Shown here: in pieces, positions 30,271 through 39,138 of the stretch
How positions within the stretch are numbered: position 1 is the stretch's first letter
Layout: the number at the start of each line of letters is the position of its first letter
Assembly: GCA_965242865.1 (NCBI GenBank)
Contig: CBDETK010000013.1
Span: 32,001 to 96,000, forward strand
From: Candidatus Latescibacterota bacterium
Lineage (GTDB): Bacteria > Latescibacterota > UBA2968 > UBA8231
Reading direction: 5' to 3'
DNA length: 64,000 nt
The notes under the pieces: generated by a model
What the model was told of the DNA's origin: nothing
Databases searched by the model: none
What the model saw: the letters and a program-made list of their open reading frames with translations, nothing else
Position numbers and translations under genes: made by a program

Positions 30271-31206
30271 ATGAAGCGTCTTTTCACCTGTGCCCTGACG
30301 GCAATGGCCTTGTTGGCCTTTGGCCTAGAAAACGTTGAGGCGCACGAGCCCCCGGGCGAGCTCTTCTTCGCCGTGCAGTTCCCCGATACCCATGTCCCGA
30401 CCATCGACGGATTTGACGACGATTGGTCGGCGGTGCCGCTCGATACGTACGCCATTCCCAGTTCAAGGCTCTTTTCGGTGCATGGCTTTGCTGGCGACGA
30501 CGTGGCGCGCGGCGGCCTAGATCCGGCTTCTATGCAGATCCGCCACCTCTTGGGCTGGAACGACTCGCGCAACGAGCTGTACGTGACCACGCGGGTGTAC
30601 GACAACAAGCACACGATTACCCGCCAAGACTTAGGCTCCTACTGGTGGGACGACAGCATTGAGATCGAGTTCAACCCGCGCCACGACTACTTGCCCAAGC
30701 CCGAAGACGTGGTGACCCACCACAAGTACTCATTCGCGTTCCCGCCGCTCAACGGCAATTTCGGCCCGGGCCTGCAAACGGCTGCGGTCAGTTCTGCCGA
30801 CGTTGAAAACCCGACGCTGCTGTCCAACGGCAGCCGTTGGTACCACTGCACCTATAGCTTTGAGGGCGAGGAGTACGGCGAGAGCACGTACATCTACGAG
30901 TTCCGCACCATCGCCATTGATTCGTATCCCAAGCCGACCGAAGAGAACATCACCGAAGATCAGGTGATTGAGCACGACCTGACGGAAAACGAGGTGATCG
31001 GCTTTTCGATTTTCGTCAGCGACGTCGATGACAGCGCCGGCGATGCCGACAACCGCGTTGGCATGTGGGCGACGACCCCGACGCACTGTTGTCACTCTTC
31101 GCAGGACCTGCTCATCTCCCCCATGGACGACTCCATTGATTGGGGCGAGGCGACCTCGGTCGAAGCGCAGAGCTGGGGCCGGATTAAGCATCAGTACCAG
31201 CAGTAA
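30271..31206 (+). CDS. Secreted CBM9/DOMON-like sugar-binding protein with C-terminal 'SVEAQSWGRIK' tail
   Basis: AAGGAGG RBS, signal peptide, 'PTIDGFDDDW' and 'WDDSIE' motifs typical of CBM9-like folds. Confidence 0.65.
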   Translation: MKRLFTCALTAMALLAFGLENVEAHEPPGELFFAVQFPDTHVPTIDGFDDDWSAVPLDTYAIPSSRLFSVHGFAGDDVARGGLDPASMQIRHLLGWNDSRNELYVTTRVYDNKHTITRQDLGSYWWDDSIEIEFNPRHDYLPKPEDVVTHHKYSFAFPPLNGNFGPGLQTAAVSSADVENPTLLSNGSRWYHCTYSFEGEEYGESTYIYEFRTIAIDSYPKPTEENITEDQVIEHDLTENEVIGFSIFVSDVDDSAGDADNRVGMWATTPTHCCHSSQDLLISPMDDSIDWGEATSVEAQSWGRIKHQYQQ

Positions 31207-31228
31207 GACCCGGTTCCGTACCGTTTGC

Positions 31229-31264
31229 AAAGCCCGCTTGCCCCGGTGGCAGGCGGGCTTTTTG
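31229..31264 (+). terminator. Rho-independent terminator
   Basis: AAAGCCCGCTTGCC-CCGGT-GGCAGGCGGGCTTTTT hairpin plus T-run, after the stop at 31206. Confidence 0.85.
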
Positions 31265-31268
31265 CGTC

Positions 31269-31395
31269 TTACAGCTTGAGCAGGGCGGGTGTGGCCGTTG
31301 GCTCGCCGCCCGTGTGCGCCAAGACCGCGAGGCCGCGCTCATCGGCAAAGCCGTAGATTGGGTCCCAAGCCGGTTGGTAGGTGTGCAACCAATTC
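31269..31395 (-). pseudogene. Internal fragment of an amidohydrolase-2 family gene
   Basis: Reads WLHTYQPAWDPIYGFADERGLAVLAHTG, resembling the 'P.Y......GL.VL.H' motif. No own start. Confidence 0.5.
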
Positions 31396-31615
31396 AATAC
31401 AACAATCCTTTTTTTGTTGCAACCACAAGAATTACAAGGATTGCGATTAAACAAATGGCAACGATTATGCCAATGGGAATCCACAGGGGACTAGTAACCC
31501 ACAACCAAGACCAATTGACGCGATTCGTCAGCTTGAGGTAGATGAACAGAGCAGCCAAGAGGAGTGCGGGGGATATGTAGAAATCATAGTACTCATAATA
31601 ATCATAGTAATCCAT
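31394..31615 (-). CDS. Small two-TM membrane protein (LKL..V.WSW.WV.SPLW family, common in phages)
   Basis: MDYYDYYEYY...LFIYLKLTNRVNWSWLWVTSPLWIP; AT-rich relative to the host. Confidence 0.6.
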   Translation of the reverse strand: MDYYDYYEYYDFYISPALLLAALFIYLKLTNRVNWSWLWVTSPLWIPIGIIVAICLIAILVILVVATKKGLLY

Positions 31616-31815
31616 GTCCACGGTCCTGTAAGTGGGGTTTGGGTGGGCAGCGGCCCCGCTCACTCAGAGCAGGACTGCCTGGAGGACTTCTTCTCGGCGA
31701 TCCAATCGCTCTTGCCATGAGCCATTGTCGAGCATCGTCTTGATGTTCATGGCCGCCCACCAAATCCAAGTCCAATGCACGTTGTGGAACCAGTCTGCCG
31801 AGTATTCTTGGCTGA

Positions 31816-31878
31816 TTAGTTGGCGTCGAAGACCGGGACGCGGGCGCGGAAGTCGAAAGGTTTGCTTCGCCTATACAC
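31816..31878 (-). pseudogene. Possible N-terminal stub of an amidohydrolase gene
   Basis: VYRRSKPFDFRARVPVFDAN* resembles an amidohydrolase N-terminal 'vfDan/h' strand and ends abruptly. Confidence 0.35.
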
Positions 31879-31905
31879 AATGAAGGCCCCCGACGCAGCC
31901 CCGGG

Positions 31906-32739
31906 CTAGGCGATGTTTTCGCGCTTTTTGACGATGGCTTTGTATTCGTAGTACGGGGCCAATTCGAGCAGGTCAATCGTCTCCGGGTCGAGCCGTTGGC
32001 GAATGGCCTCGGGAAAGGGGCGGCGCTGGCCGGTGAGCATGTGCTGGACGTTGTAGCGCAGGATGAGGAAGCGGCGGTCGCGGTCGCGGGGTTTCCAAGT
32101 GAGCGCGCCGTGCATGAGGTGCTCGGGCATGACGACGACATCGCCGGCGCGGGCGCAGACATTGTGGACGCCCGGGGGCGCGGTGTCGGCAATATAGTCG
32201 GTGTCGCCTTCGGCCCCGGGGTAAAACATCCCTGGGGGCCGGTCGAAGTGGGCCTTGTGCGAGCCGGGCAAGACGATGAGGCCGCCGTCGCCGGGGAACA
32301 CATCGCTCAAGTAAAAAAAGAAAATAAAGTCCGTGCAGCGGACTAGGCTGTCCTCCGCGTAATAACGCCGCACATCGGGCCGCTTGGAGGGCTGCCACCC
32401 GGCGTGCAAGCGGTGGAAGCGGTGGCCGTGGCGGTTGTAGCCCAAGGTGCCGCCGTTGAAGCGCGGCCGGCGGTCGGTGAGTTCCATGAGAATCGGCCAA
32501 GTTGCCGGATGCCGGGTGAGCACTTCGAGGCTTTTGTCAAAGGCAAAGCCGTGCTGATAGGGGGTGAGGTCGCGGCGCGTGAGGTCCGCGCCGAATTCGG
32601 GGGGCCACGCTTCGGGCGGCATGGTGATGTAGCGGTCGGCCGCCGCTTGAGCGGGCGCGAGCTCGGCTGCGCTGAGTACGCCTCGCAGGTGGAGGTAGCC
32701 GGTCAAGTCGAAGAAGTAGCGTTGGTCGGGCGTCATCAT
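31906..32739 (-). CDS. Phytanoyl-CoA dioxygenase (PhyH) family protein
   Basis: YFFDLTGYLHLRGVLS, DGGLIVLPGSHK, AGDVVVMPEHLMHG, RRFLILRY. Confidence 0.85.
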   Translation of the reverse strand: MMTPDQRYFFDLTGYLHLRGVLSAAELAPAQAAADRYITMPPEAWPPEFGADLTRRDLTPYQHGFAFDKSLEVLTRHPATWPILMELTDRRPRFNGGTLGYNRHGHRFHRLHAGWQPSKRPDVRRYYAEDSLVRCTDFIFFFYLSDVFPGDGGLIVLPGSHKAHFDRPPGMFYPGAEGDTDYIADTAPPGVHNVCARAGDVVVMPEHLMHGALTWKPRDRDRRFLILRYNVQHMLTGQRRPFPEAIRQRLDPETIDLLELAPYYEYKAIVKKRENIA

Positions 32740-32795
32740 GGCGTGGATAAGATAGCCGGTTCAACGGCTCCGTTCAAGTGGGGCCTCTCCGGCTG

Positions 32796-34739
32796 CTACT
32801 GAAAGACAATTCCGCCCAGATGATTGTTTTGCATGCCGGTGGCGTAGTCGATGAGCACCCAAGCCCCGGCCACTACGGCCTCGCCCAAGACCAAGCCTAA
32901 GAAGAAGGGCTTGAGGCGGTTCAGTAGGGTCAGCCCGCCGTATTTGAGCACCGCGCTCTTGAGGAGCCAAGCGATAAACACGCTGAACCACATCTTGCCA
33001 AAGACGCAGCTAATGGGAAACCCCAGCGAGTGGAAGGGCCACCACAAAAACCGATACTGAGCCGCCATCAACCCGCCCATGATCGCCGCGCCAACGCCGA
33101 TGTGCATCCACGTACTCGGGCGCGGCGCGAGTGGATTGAGGATGCTCTTTTCCATGAAGCGATAGGGGTATTGCGCGACGTTGTCAAAGTAAAATCGCGA
33201 CAAGTTAATGGCCCCGTACTGATAGCCTAGATAGAGGGTTAGGGCGACGACGCAGCCCAGCGTCAGGACGATCACGGCCATGGTGGCGCCAAAGAGGCGG
33301 CGGCGCTGGGGCAGGTTGATTTCCGCGACCAACTTTAGGCCATTGGCACACGCGCTCATCAGCAAGATCAAGGTGTCCACGCTCCAAGCATAGCTCAGGG
33401 CCATGCCGGCCATGCCCTTGCTGCCCAACGAGGAGCCGCCGACATTGGCGACGACGAAGTCCGGCCCGTTGGTCGGCGGGAACATCGCCGCCACCCCGCC
33501 CTGCGCGACGACGCGGGCGATGGTCATAAACCCGACAAACGCGCCCAACAGCAACAGCGGGACAAATACCAGCGGAATGCCGGATTGCCACAGCCAGACG
33601 CCCATCACCACAAAGCTGGCTACGGCCCCTCCCACGGCCACGCGATAAGAGGCGATTTCGTCGGCGTCTTTTACCTCGGGGGCGCGGCCCAAAGCCTTGC
33701 GCAGCACGTTCCCGAGGTGGCGTCGGCCCACCCACAAAGACCCCGCCACCAAGACGATCATGCCGCCCATGGATTGGTGGATGATGATCGGATCGGTGTA
33801 CTGGCTGTACGCGCCCATGCTCTCGTCTTTGCCCCCCCAAGCGAGCATCCCCAACAACCCGCGCTGCACCACATTTACGATGTGAAAAAAGACCAAGCCC
33901 AAGGCGATGTTCTGCGGCACGAAATAGGAAAAGCCCACCATGGACAGGCTCAGGTACAGGCTCAGCGACACTGCGCCGCGGAACGCCGACAAGCCGTCGA
34001 GCGACACGCTGACGGTAGGAACGACTGGGAAGTAGTTGTGCAAGGCATTGATCGAGCCGAGGACAAACGGGATGGCAAACCCCAGCCACATCAACCCGCT
34101 GCGCCCGAGCCGCTGGCGACCGTCGGCGATCATAGCCAACGGGAGCTGGACCATGGGATAGGCCAGCCGCTCGTGCTCTACCCATTGCCGCCGCACGATC
34201 ACCATTAAGCAGACCATCGCCAGAAAGAGGGCCAAGCCAAAGACCGCCCAATACAGCAGCGGCGCGGCCCAAAGTGCCCACGGCACAGACCCGGTGGGGT
34301 CGCCCTCGTAAAAGCCCCAGATGGCGTCGCGGTTGTGGGGCACTGGCCAGTCGGGCATATAGGGCTGGACGATCTCGGCCCAACCGTTTTCCGGCGTGGC
34401 GTAATAATAGGCCCCCGTGATGACCGGCAGGAGTTGCGCGGGCAGGCCGCGGCTCGACAGGGTGTTGGCCAGTAGGAAAAGGAAGAAGGCCACGGCCAAT
34501 TCGCCGCGCTGCAAGGGCAGGCGTGGATGCAGCCGCTTTAAGAGCGGGTTGAAGAAGACGACCAGTACAAAAAAGAGAAAAATCGCCGCGGGGGTCAGGT
34601 TCCACACCGCCAGCCCCGAGCCTTTGACGATCATGTCGTTGTAGGTCGAGCCGAGGCCGATGCACAGGGCACCGACCAGCCCGACGATCAGCGCCTTGGG
34701 CGTACATCCCTTTATCGCTGGTGGAGAACGCTTTGGCAA
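32796..34739 (-). CDS. Polytopic membrane protein, putative peptide transporter (DUF6785/DUF6784-like)
   Basis: Many TMs; 'YYATPENGW', 'RRQWVEHERLAYPMVQLP', 'WWPFHSLGF', 'KPFFLGLVLGE'. TTG start after GGGAGGAG. Confidence 0.7.
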   Translation of the reverse strand: MPKRSPPAIKGCTPKALIVGLVGALCIGLGSTYNDMIVKGSGLAVWNLTPAAIFLFFVLVVFFNPLLKRLHPRLPLQRGELAVAFFLFLLANTLSSRGLPAQLLPVITGAYYYATPENGWAEIVQPYMPDWPVPHNRDAIWGFYEGDPTGSVPWALWAAPLLYWAVFGLALFLAMVCLMVIVRRQWVEHERLAYPMVQLPLAMIADGRQRLGRSGLMWLGFAIPFVLGSINALHNYFPVVPTVSVSLDGLSAFRGAVSLSLYLSLSMVGFSYFVPQNIALGLVFFHIVNVVQRGLLGMLAWGGKDESMGAYSQYTDPIIIHQSMGGMIVLVAGSLWVGRRHLGNVLRKALGRAPEVKDADEIASYRVAVGGAVASFVVMGVWLWQSGIPLVFVPLLLLGAFVGFMTIARVVAQGGVAAMFPPTNGPDFVVANVGGSSLGSKGMAGMALSYAWSVDTLILLMSACANGLKLVAEINLPQRRRLFGATMAVIVLTLGCVVALTLYLGYQYGAINLSRFYFDNVAQYPYRFMEKSILNPLAPRPSTWMHIGVGAAIMGGLMAAQYRFLWWPFHSLGFPISCVFGKMWFSVFIAWLLKSAVLKYGGLTLLNRLKPFFLGLVLGEAVVAGAWVLIDYATGMQNNHLGGIVFQ

Positions 34740-34822
34740 AATGCTCCTCCCGCGTTTTGCCTGCCCCTTGACAATGCCCCACGCCGCGCCCAACCTTCCG
34801 CTACCTAACAGGAGAACCTATT

Positions 34823-36079
34823 ATGGAAAAAGTATCGCTTTGCGTCGTCGGCTGCGGCGGCATGGGTCATCGCCATATCATGGCCTATAAGGTGTTGGAA
34901 GACAGCGGCATCGGCAATGTCGAATTGATGGCCGTCTGCGACGTGCGCCGGGAAAACGCCGAGTTTGCCGCCCGCGAGGTGCAGCGGCTCTTCGGGCGCG
35001 CGCCGCTGGTCTTTACCGATATGGACGCAGTGCTCAACCGCGATGACATCTTGGCCATCGACGTAGTTACCGACGTCTCCATGCACCACCAAGTGGCCGT
35101 GCCGGCCCTGTTGGCGGGCAAGCACGCGCTGGTGGAAAAGCCCCTCGGCATTACCATCCGCGCCTGCCAAGCCATGATCGACGCTGCCCACACCGGCGGG
35201 GTGGTGCTGGCCACGGCCGAAAACTACCGCCGCGACCCGCCCAATCGCTTGGCGCGCGCCATCGTCGAGTCCGGCCTGCTCGGCGATCCCTTTTTGATGG
35301 TGCAGACCTCGGCCGGCGGCGGCGATACCATGGCCATCACGCCTTGGCGTCATCTCAAGGAAAAGGGCGCGATTGGTTTGGACATGGGCGTCCACTACGG
35401 CGACATCATCCAGTATTACATGGGGGAGTACGCACACGTCTTTGGCGGCGGCTTCATCGTCGAGCCGGTGCGGCGCAAGCCCGAAGGCCACGCCGATCAC
35501 CCCCTCGAATCCTACCGCGAGCGGGTCAAGACCTATCCCGATACCGTAGAGGCCACGGGCGAGGATTCGGTCGTCGCGCTCTACAGGATGCAGTCCGGGG
35601 CGCTGGCGCACTTGGTGCTGGTGGCGGGGCGCGGCGGCCGGGGCTGGGAGCGCAGCGTCCACGGCCGCTGGGGAGCGCTCTATTCCCCAGGCGACCGCAA
35701 TGGCCGGCCGGTCGTGCTGCGCTTGGAAGGCCAAGAGCTAAAAGGCCGCGAAATCCTCGCACTCTTGCCGGATTTTCACCTCGACGAGATCACCGAGCGT
35801 CTCTTCGGGGCCGCTGGCGTCGAATACGACCCGTCGGCAACCTCCTTCTACGAAATCGACTCCCGGCACTTGGCCATCGAGTACTACGATTTTGCCCGCG
35901 CCATCCTCACCGGCGGCCAGCCCGAAGTAGATGGCCTAGGCGGGATGCAGGCCGTCGCGGCGATTGTGGGCGCTTATGAGTCGGCTTGCGCCGGCCGCTC
36001 GCTGTCCATGGCAGAGGTCCTGAGCGGGGCCGCGCGGGCCTATCAGCAGGACATTGACGAGGCCCTTGGGCTGGCCTAA
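34823..36079 (+). CDS. Gfo/Idh/MocA family oxidoreductase
   Basis: VVGCGGMG, GKHALVEKP, AENYRRDP, DMGVHYGD. Confidence 0.9.
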   Translation: MEKVSLCVVGCGGMGHRHIMAYKVLEDSGIGNVELMAVCDVRRENAEFAAREVQRLFGRAPLVFTDMDAVLNRDDILAIDVVTDVSMHHQVAVPALLAGKHALVEKPLGITIRACQAMIDAAHTGGVVLATAENYRRDPPNRLARAIVESGLLGDPFLMVQTSAGGGDTMAITPWRHLKEKGAIGLDMGVHYGDIIQYYMGEYAHVFGGGFIVEPVRRKPEGHADHPLESYRERVKTYPDTVEATGEDSVVALYRMQSGALAHLVLVAGRGGRGWERSVHGRWGALYSPGDRNGRPVVLRLEGQELKGREILALLPDFHLDEITERLFGAAGVEYDPSATSFYEIDSRHLAIEYYDFARAILTGGQPEVDGLGGMQAVAAIVGAYESACAGRSLSMAEVLSGAARAYQQDIDEALGLA

Positions 36080-37098
36080 AGCGTCGTCTCCATCACCCAA
36101 AACGGCTGCTGGCCCACTTCGTAATCGGCCATGGCTTGGAGCGCGCCGCTGGCCGCATCGATTCGATAACAGGTCATGCGGTCGGCCGCTTCTCCCGCGC
36201 AGTACAGGTACGCGCCGGTCGGGTCGATGTTGAACGAGCGCGGGCTGGCCGGCACTGGATAGTGCCCAAACGGGCTGAGCGCGCCCTCGGCGTTGAGGTG
36301 GTAGCCGACGATGCTGTCGTGGCCGCGATTGGATGCGTAGCACCACTGGCCATTGGGGTGAACTTCGACGTGGGCGGTATTCCCGCCAGCGGCGTAGTCT
36401 GAGGGCAGGGTCGAGACGTCTTGGAAGATGGACAGGGTGCCGCGCTCGGGGTCGAAGCGGTGGGCGGTTACGGTGTTGCCCTGCTCGTTGACGATATACG
36501 CGACGTCGCCGAGGGGACGGAAGGTTATGTGCCGGGGGCCGGGCTCGCCGGCCGGCGGGGCCAGTTCGGCCGGATCGTTGGGCGCGAGTTGGCCGGTGCG
36601 GGCGTCGAAGCGGAACTGGCTGGTCTTGTTGTTGGGGCAGACGTGGGGCACAAAGACAAAGCGCTCGTCCTCGGTCAGCAAGACGGCGTGGGCCTTGGGG
36701 CCGGTGTCGATGTGCTGGACGAGGTCGCCGATGGCGCCGTCGGCGTCGAGGCGGTGGACTGTGATGCCGCCGCCGGTGTAATACGCAGTGAGGAGAAAGC
36801 GGCCGGCGCGGTCGGTGATCAGGTGAGCCGGGGTTTCGAGGCCGGTATCGACCTTGTTGATCAGGGTCAACGCCCCGGACGCAGCGTCGAGGTGGAAGCT
36901 GGCGAGGGTCGCGGCCTCGACGTGGGCGTCGTAGAGCACCGGGCGCGTCGGGTGCAAAAAGAGTGCGCCCGAAGGGCCGTGCGCCGGGCTGGTGGCGCGC
37001 AGGGCCAACGCGCCCGATTGGGGGTCGAGGTCGTAGAGCTTGATGGCTTCGTCGCCGGTGAGCGAGACTAGGACGACGGGTCGTTCTCGTGCGGTCAT
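36076..37098 (-). CDS. Lactonase (6-phosphogluconolactonase/cycloisomerase-2) beta-propeller
   Basis: GPRHITF, YIVNEQGNTV, YASNRGHDSI, PRSFNIDP. Confidence 0.88.
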   Translation of the reverse strand: MTARERPVVLVSLTGDEAIKLYDLDPQSGALALRATSPAHGPSGALFLHPTRPVLYDAHVEAATLASFHLDAASGALTLINKVDTGLETPAHLITDRAGRFLLTAYYTGGGITVHRLDADGAIGDLVQHIDTGPKAHAVLLTEDERFVFVPHVCPNNKTSQFRFDARTGQLAPNDPAELAPPAGEPGPRHITFRPLGDVAYIVNEQGNTVTAHRFDPERGTLSIFQDVSTLPSDYAAGGNTAHVEVHPNGQWCYASNRGHDSIVGYHLNAEGALSPFGHYPVPASPRSFNIDPTGAYLYCAGEAADRMTCYRIDAASGALQAMADYEVGQQPFWVMETTL

Positions 37099-37133
37099 TG
37101 CGGTTTGCTCCTTTGAGGTTTTGCGTGGATAAG

Positions 37134-37346
37134 CTACGGCGAATCCGGGTAGAGTTTCGCCGCATACTGCAAGGAAAAAGAGGTTAAGTCGCTTTGATCT
37201 TGTTCGCTCCAAGTGTCACTTCGTTCCACAACAACCACTTCGGATTGTACCAACTCCTGTAAGATGAGTGCTGCGAGACGAAACTGTTCGCTCGGTGGTA
37301 GGGCACGAACGGTTTCGGTAAAGACTTCTTGGGCGGTCGCGGTCAT
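37134..37346 (-). CDS. Small antitoxin-like protein (orphan)
   Basis: 'VRALPPSEQFRLAALILQEL...SDTWSEQDQSDL' resembles small proteins found upstream of PemK/MazF-type toxins. No toxin ORF follows. Confidence 0.5.
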   Translation of the reverse strand: MTATAQEVFTETVRALPPSEQFRLAALILQELVQSEVVVVERSDTWSEQDQSDLTSFSLQYAAKLYPDSP

Positions 37347-37357
37347 GTTGATTTCTC

Positions 37358-37594
37358 CTAGAAGGCCCCGAACATCTTTTCGATCTCCGGCTCGCCCATG
37401 CTGTCGAAATCGTCGGGGACTTCGATCTGTCCGGCCATAAAACCCAACCGTGTCGCCGTTTGGTCGGGTCGCTTGCGGGCGAGGGTTTTGAGGTAGCCCC
37501 GGATGAGTGCCGACACGGATGTGCCCAACTCCGCCGCCCGAACGCGGGCGAGCCGATGGGTTTCTTCATCTACCGATACGGTAATGTTTTTCAC
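37358..37594 (-). CDS. RHH/CopG-like antitoxin with VapB/Phd-type C-terminal tail (orphan)
   Basis: KNITVSVDEETHRLARVRAAELGTSVSALIRGYL (RHH) plus RLGFMAGQIEVPDDFD. Confidence 0.7.
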   Translation of the reverse strand: MKNITVSVDEETHRLARVRAAELGTSVSALIRGYLKTLARKRPDQTATRLGFMAGQIEVPDDFDSMGEPEIEKMFGAF

Positions 37595-37668
37595 GGTTAT
37601 CTCCTCGCAGATGCTGTGCTTTAGTGCAGTGTATGGATATGGCCATGGGTGCGCAACGGCACCGCATC

Positions 37669-37894
37669 GTATGGGACGGCACAGGGGCCGTCCCCGACGG
37701 GCGATTGCTCAGGACGCGACGAGAAGCTATCTCAATGTATGGGACGGCCCCTGTGCCGTCTCCGACAGGCTGTCCCCGACGGGCGATTGCTCAGGGCGCG
37801 ACGAGAAGCTATCTCAATGTATGGGACGGCCCCTGTGCTGTCCCCGACAGGCCGTCCCCGACAGGCGATTGCTCAGGGCGCGACGAGAAGCTAT
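37669..37894. repeat. Three-unit REP/BIME-like palindromic array
   Basis: GTATGGGACGGC...GCCGTCCCCGAC hairpins plus the constant linker GGCGATTGCTCAGG.CGCGACGAGAAGCTAT, at 37669, 37737 and 37819. Confidence 0.85.
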
Positions 37895-37934
37895 ACTACC
37901 CAACCCCATCAATCCACCCAGCCTGCATCGCCTC

Positions 37935-39131
37935 ATGCCCACCCCCCACCGCCAGACGACGATCATCGTGCTCTTCAGCGCTCTGACGGTCCTCGCCAGC
38001 ATGGGGATTCGCCAGTCGTTTGGCCTCTTTCTCCAGCCGCTGAGCGACGGCTTGGGTTTGGGGCGCGAAGTGTTCAGCTTGGCCATCGCGCTGCAAAACC
38101 TGGTCTTTGGCCTCCCCCTGTTCGGGATGATCGCCGACCGCTATGGCGCGCGGTGGGTCGTGTTGGGAGGCGCGCTGCTCTACGCGGCCGGGTGCCTGCT
38201 GGTGCCGGCGAGCAGCGGCCCGGTCAGCCTGTATCTGACGCTGGGCCTGATCATCGGGCTGGGGCTCGGCTGCACGACGTATGTGGTCGTGCTGGGGGCT
38301 GTCGCCCGCGTCGTCCATCCCGCAAACCGCAGCACGGCGTTTGGCATCGTCACCGCGGCCGGGTCGTTTGGGACCTTCGCCTTAGTGCCCGGGGTGCAGT
38401 GGGTGACGGTTCACTCGGGTTGGCAGGCGTCCTTTGCGGCCAGCGCGGCCCTAATCGGCTGGATCGCGCTGTTGGCCTTTGGCTTTCCGCGCCGGTCCAG
38501 GGTGCCCGCGGCCCAGTCGCACGGAGAGGGTACGCTGCTGCAAGTGCTGGTGCGGGCACGGGGCCATTCGGGCTATTGGCTGCTCAACGCGGGGTTTTTC
38601 GTCTGCGGCTTCCACGTCGCCTTTATCGCCACGCACCTGCCTTCGTTCCTCACCGACAGCGGCCTGTCGCGCATGATTGGGGCCACGGCCTTGTCCCTGA
38701 TTGGCTTGTGCAACATTTTCGGCTCGTCTTTGTTCGGCTGGCTGGGCGACCGCTACCGCAAGAAATACCTGTTGAGTGCGCTCTACTTCAGCCGCGCCGC
38801 AGTGATCGGCTTGTTCCTCTTCTTTCCCCTGACCCGCTTTTCCGCCCTGATCTTCGGCGGCCTAATCGGCTTCTTGTGGCTGGCCACCGTGCCGCTGACC
38901 AGCGGGACTGTGGCGCAGATATTCGGGGCGCGCTACCTGTCAACGCTGTACGGCATCGTCTTTTTCAGCCATCAGGCCGGCAGTTTCTTGGGCGTCTGGC
39001 TGGCTGGCCGGCTCTACGACGCGACCGGGTCGTACGATCCGGTCTGGTGGCTGGCGATCGCCCTCGGCGTAGCGGCCGCGCTCATTCACCTGCCGATTGC
39101 CGACCGACCGGTCCAATCCGCAAACGCATAG
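37935..39131 (+). CDS. MFS transporter
   Basis: GIRQSFGLFLQP, GMIADRYG, GFFVCGFHVAFIATHLP, GWLGDRY; ~12 TMs. The longer predicted ORF runs through the repeat array. Confidence 0.9.
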   Translation: MPTPHRQTTIIVLFSALTVLASMGIRQSFGLFLQPLSDGLGLGREVFSLAIALQNLVFGLPLFGMIADRYGARWVVLGGALLYAAGCLLVPASSGPVSLYLTLGLIIGLGLGCTTYVVVLGAVARVVHPANRSTAFGIVTAAGSFGTFALVPGVQWVTVHSGWQASFAASAALIGWIALLAFGFPRRSRVPAAQSHGEGTLLQVLVRARGHSGYWLLNAGFFVCGFHVAFIATHLPSFLTDSGLSRMIGATALSLIGLCNIFGSSLFGWLGDRYRKKYLLSALYFSRAAVIGLFLFFPLTRFSALIFGGLIGFLWLATVPLTSGTVAQIFGARYLSTLYGIVFFSHQAGSFLGVWLAGRLYDATGSYDPVWWLAIALGVAAALIHLPIADRPVQSANA

Positions 39132-39138
39132 CTAGCCA

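Noticed and set aside
33205-34782. Long alternative-frame and antisense ORFs (also 37649-39286, 25709-27064, 9066-10268 and others)
   Set aside because: Shadow ORFs expected in high-GC DNA. They overlap well-supported genes and lack recognisable motifs.
37669-37894. Possible CRISPR array
   Set aside because: Inter-repeat sequences are repeated, not unique, and the units are REP-like hairpins.
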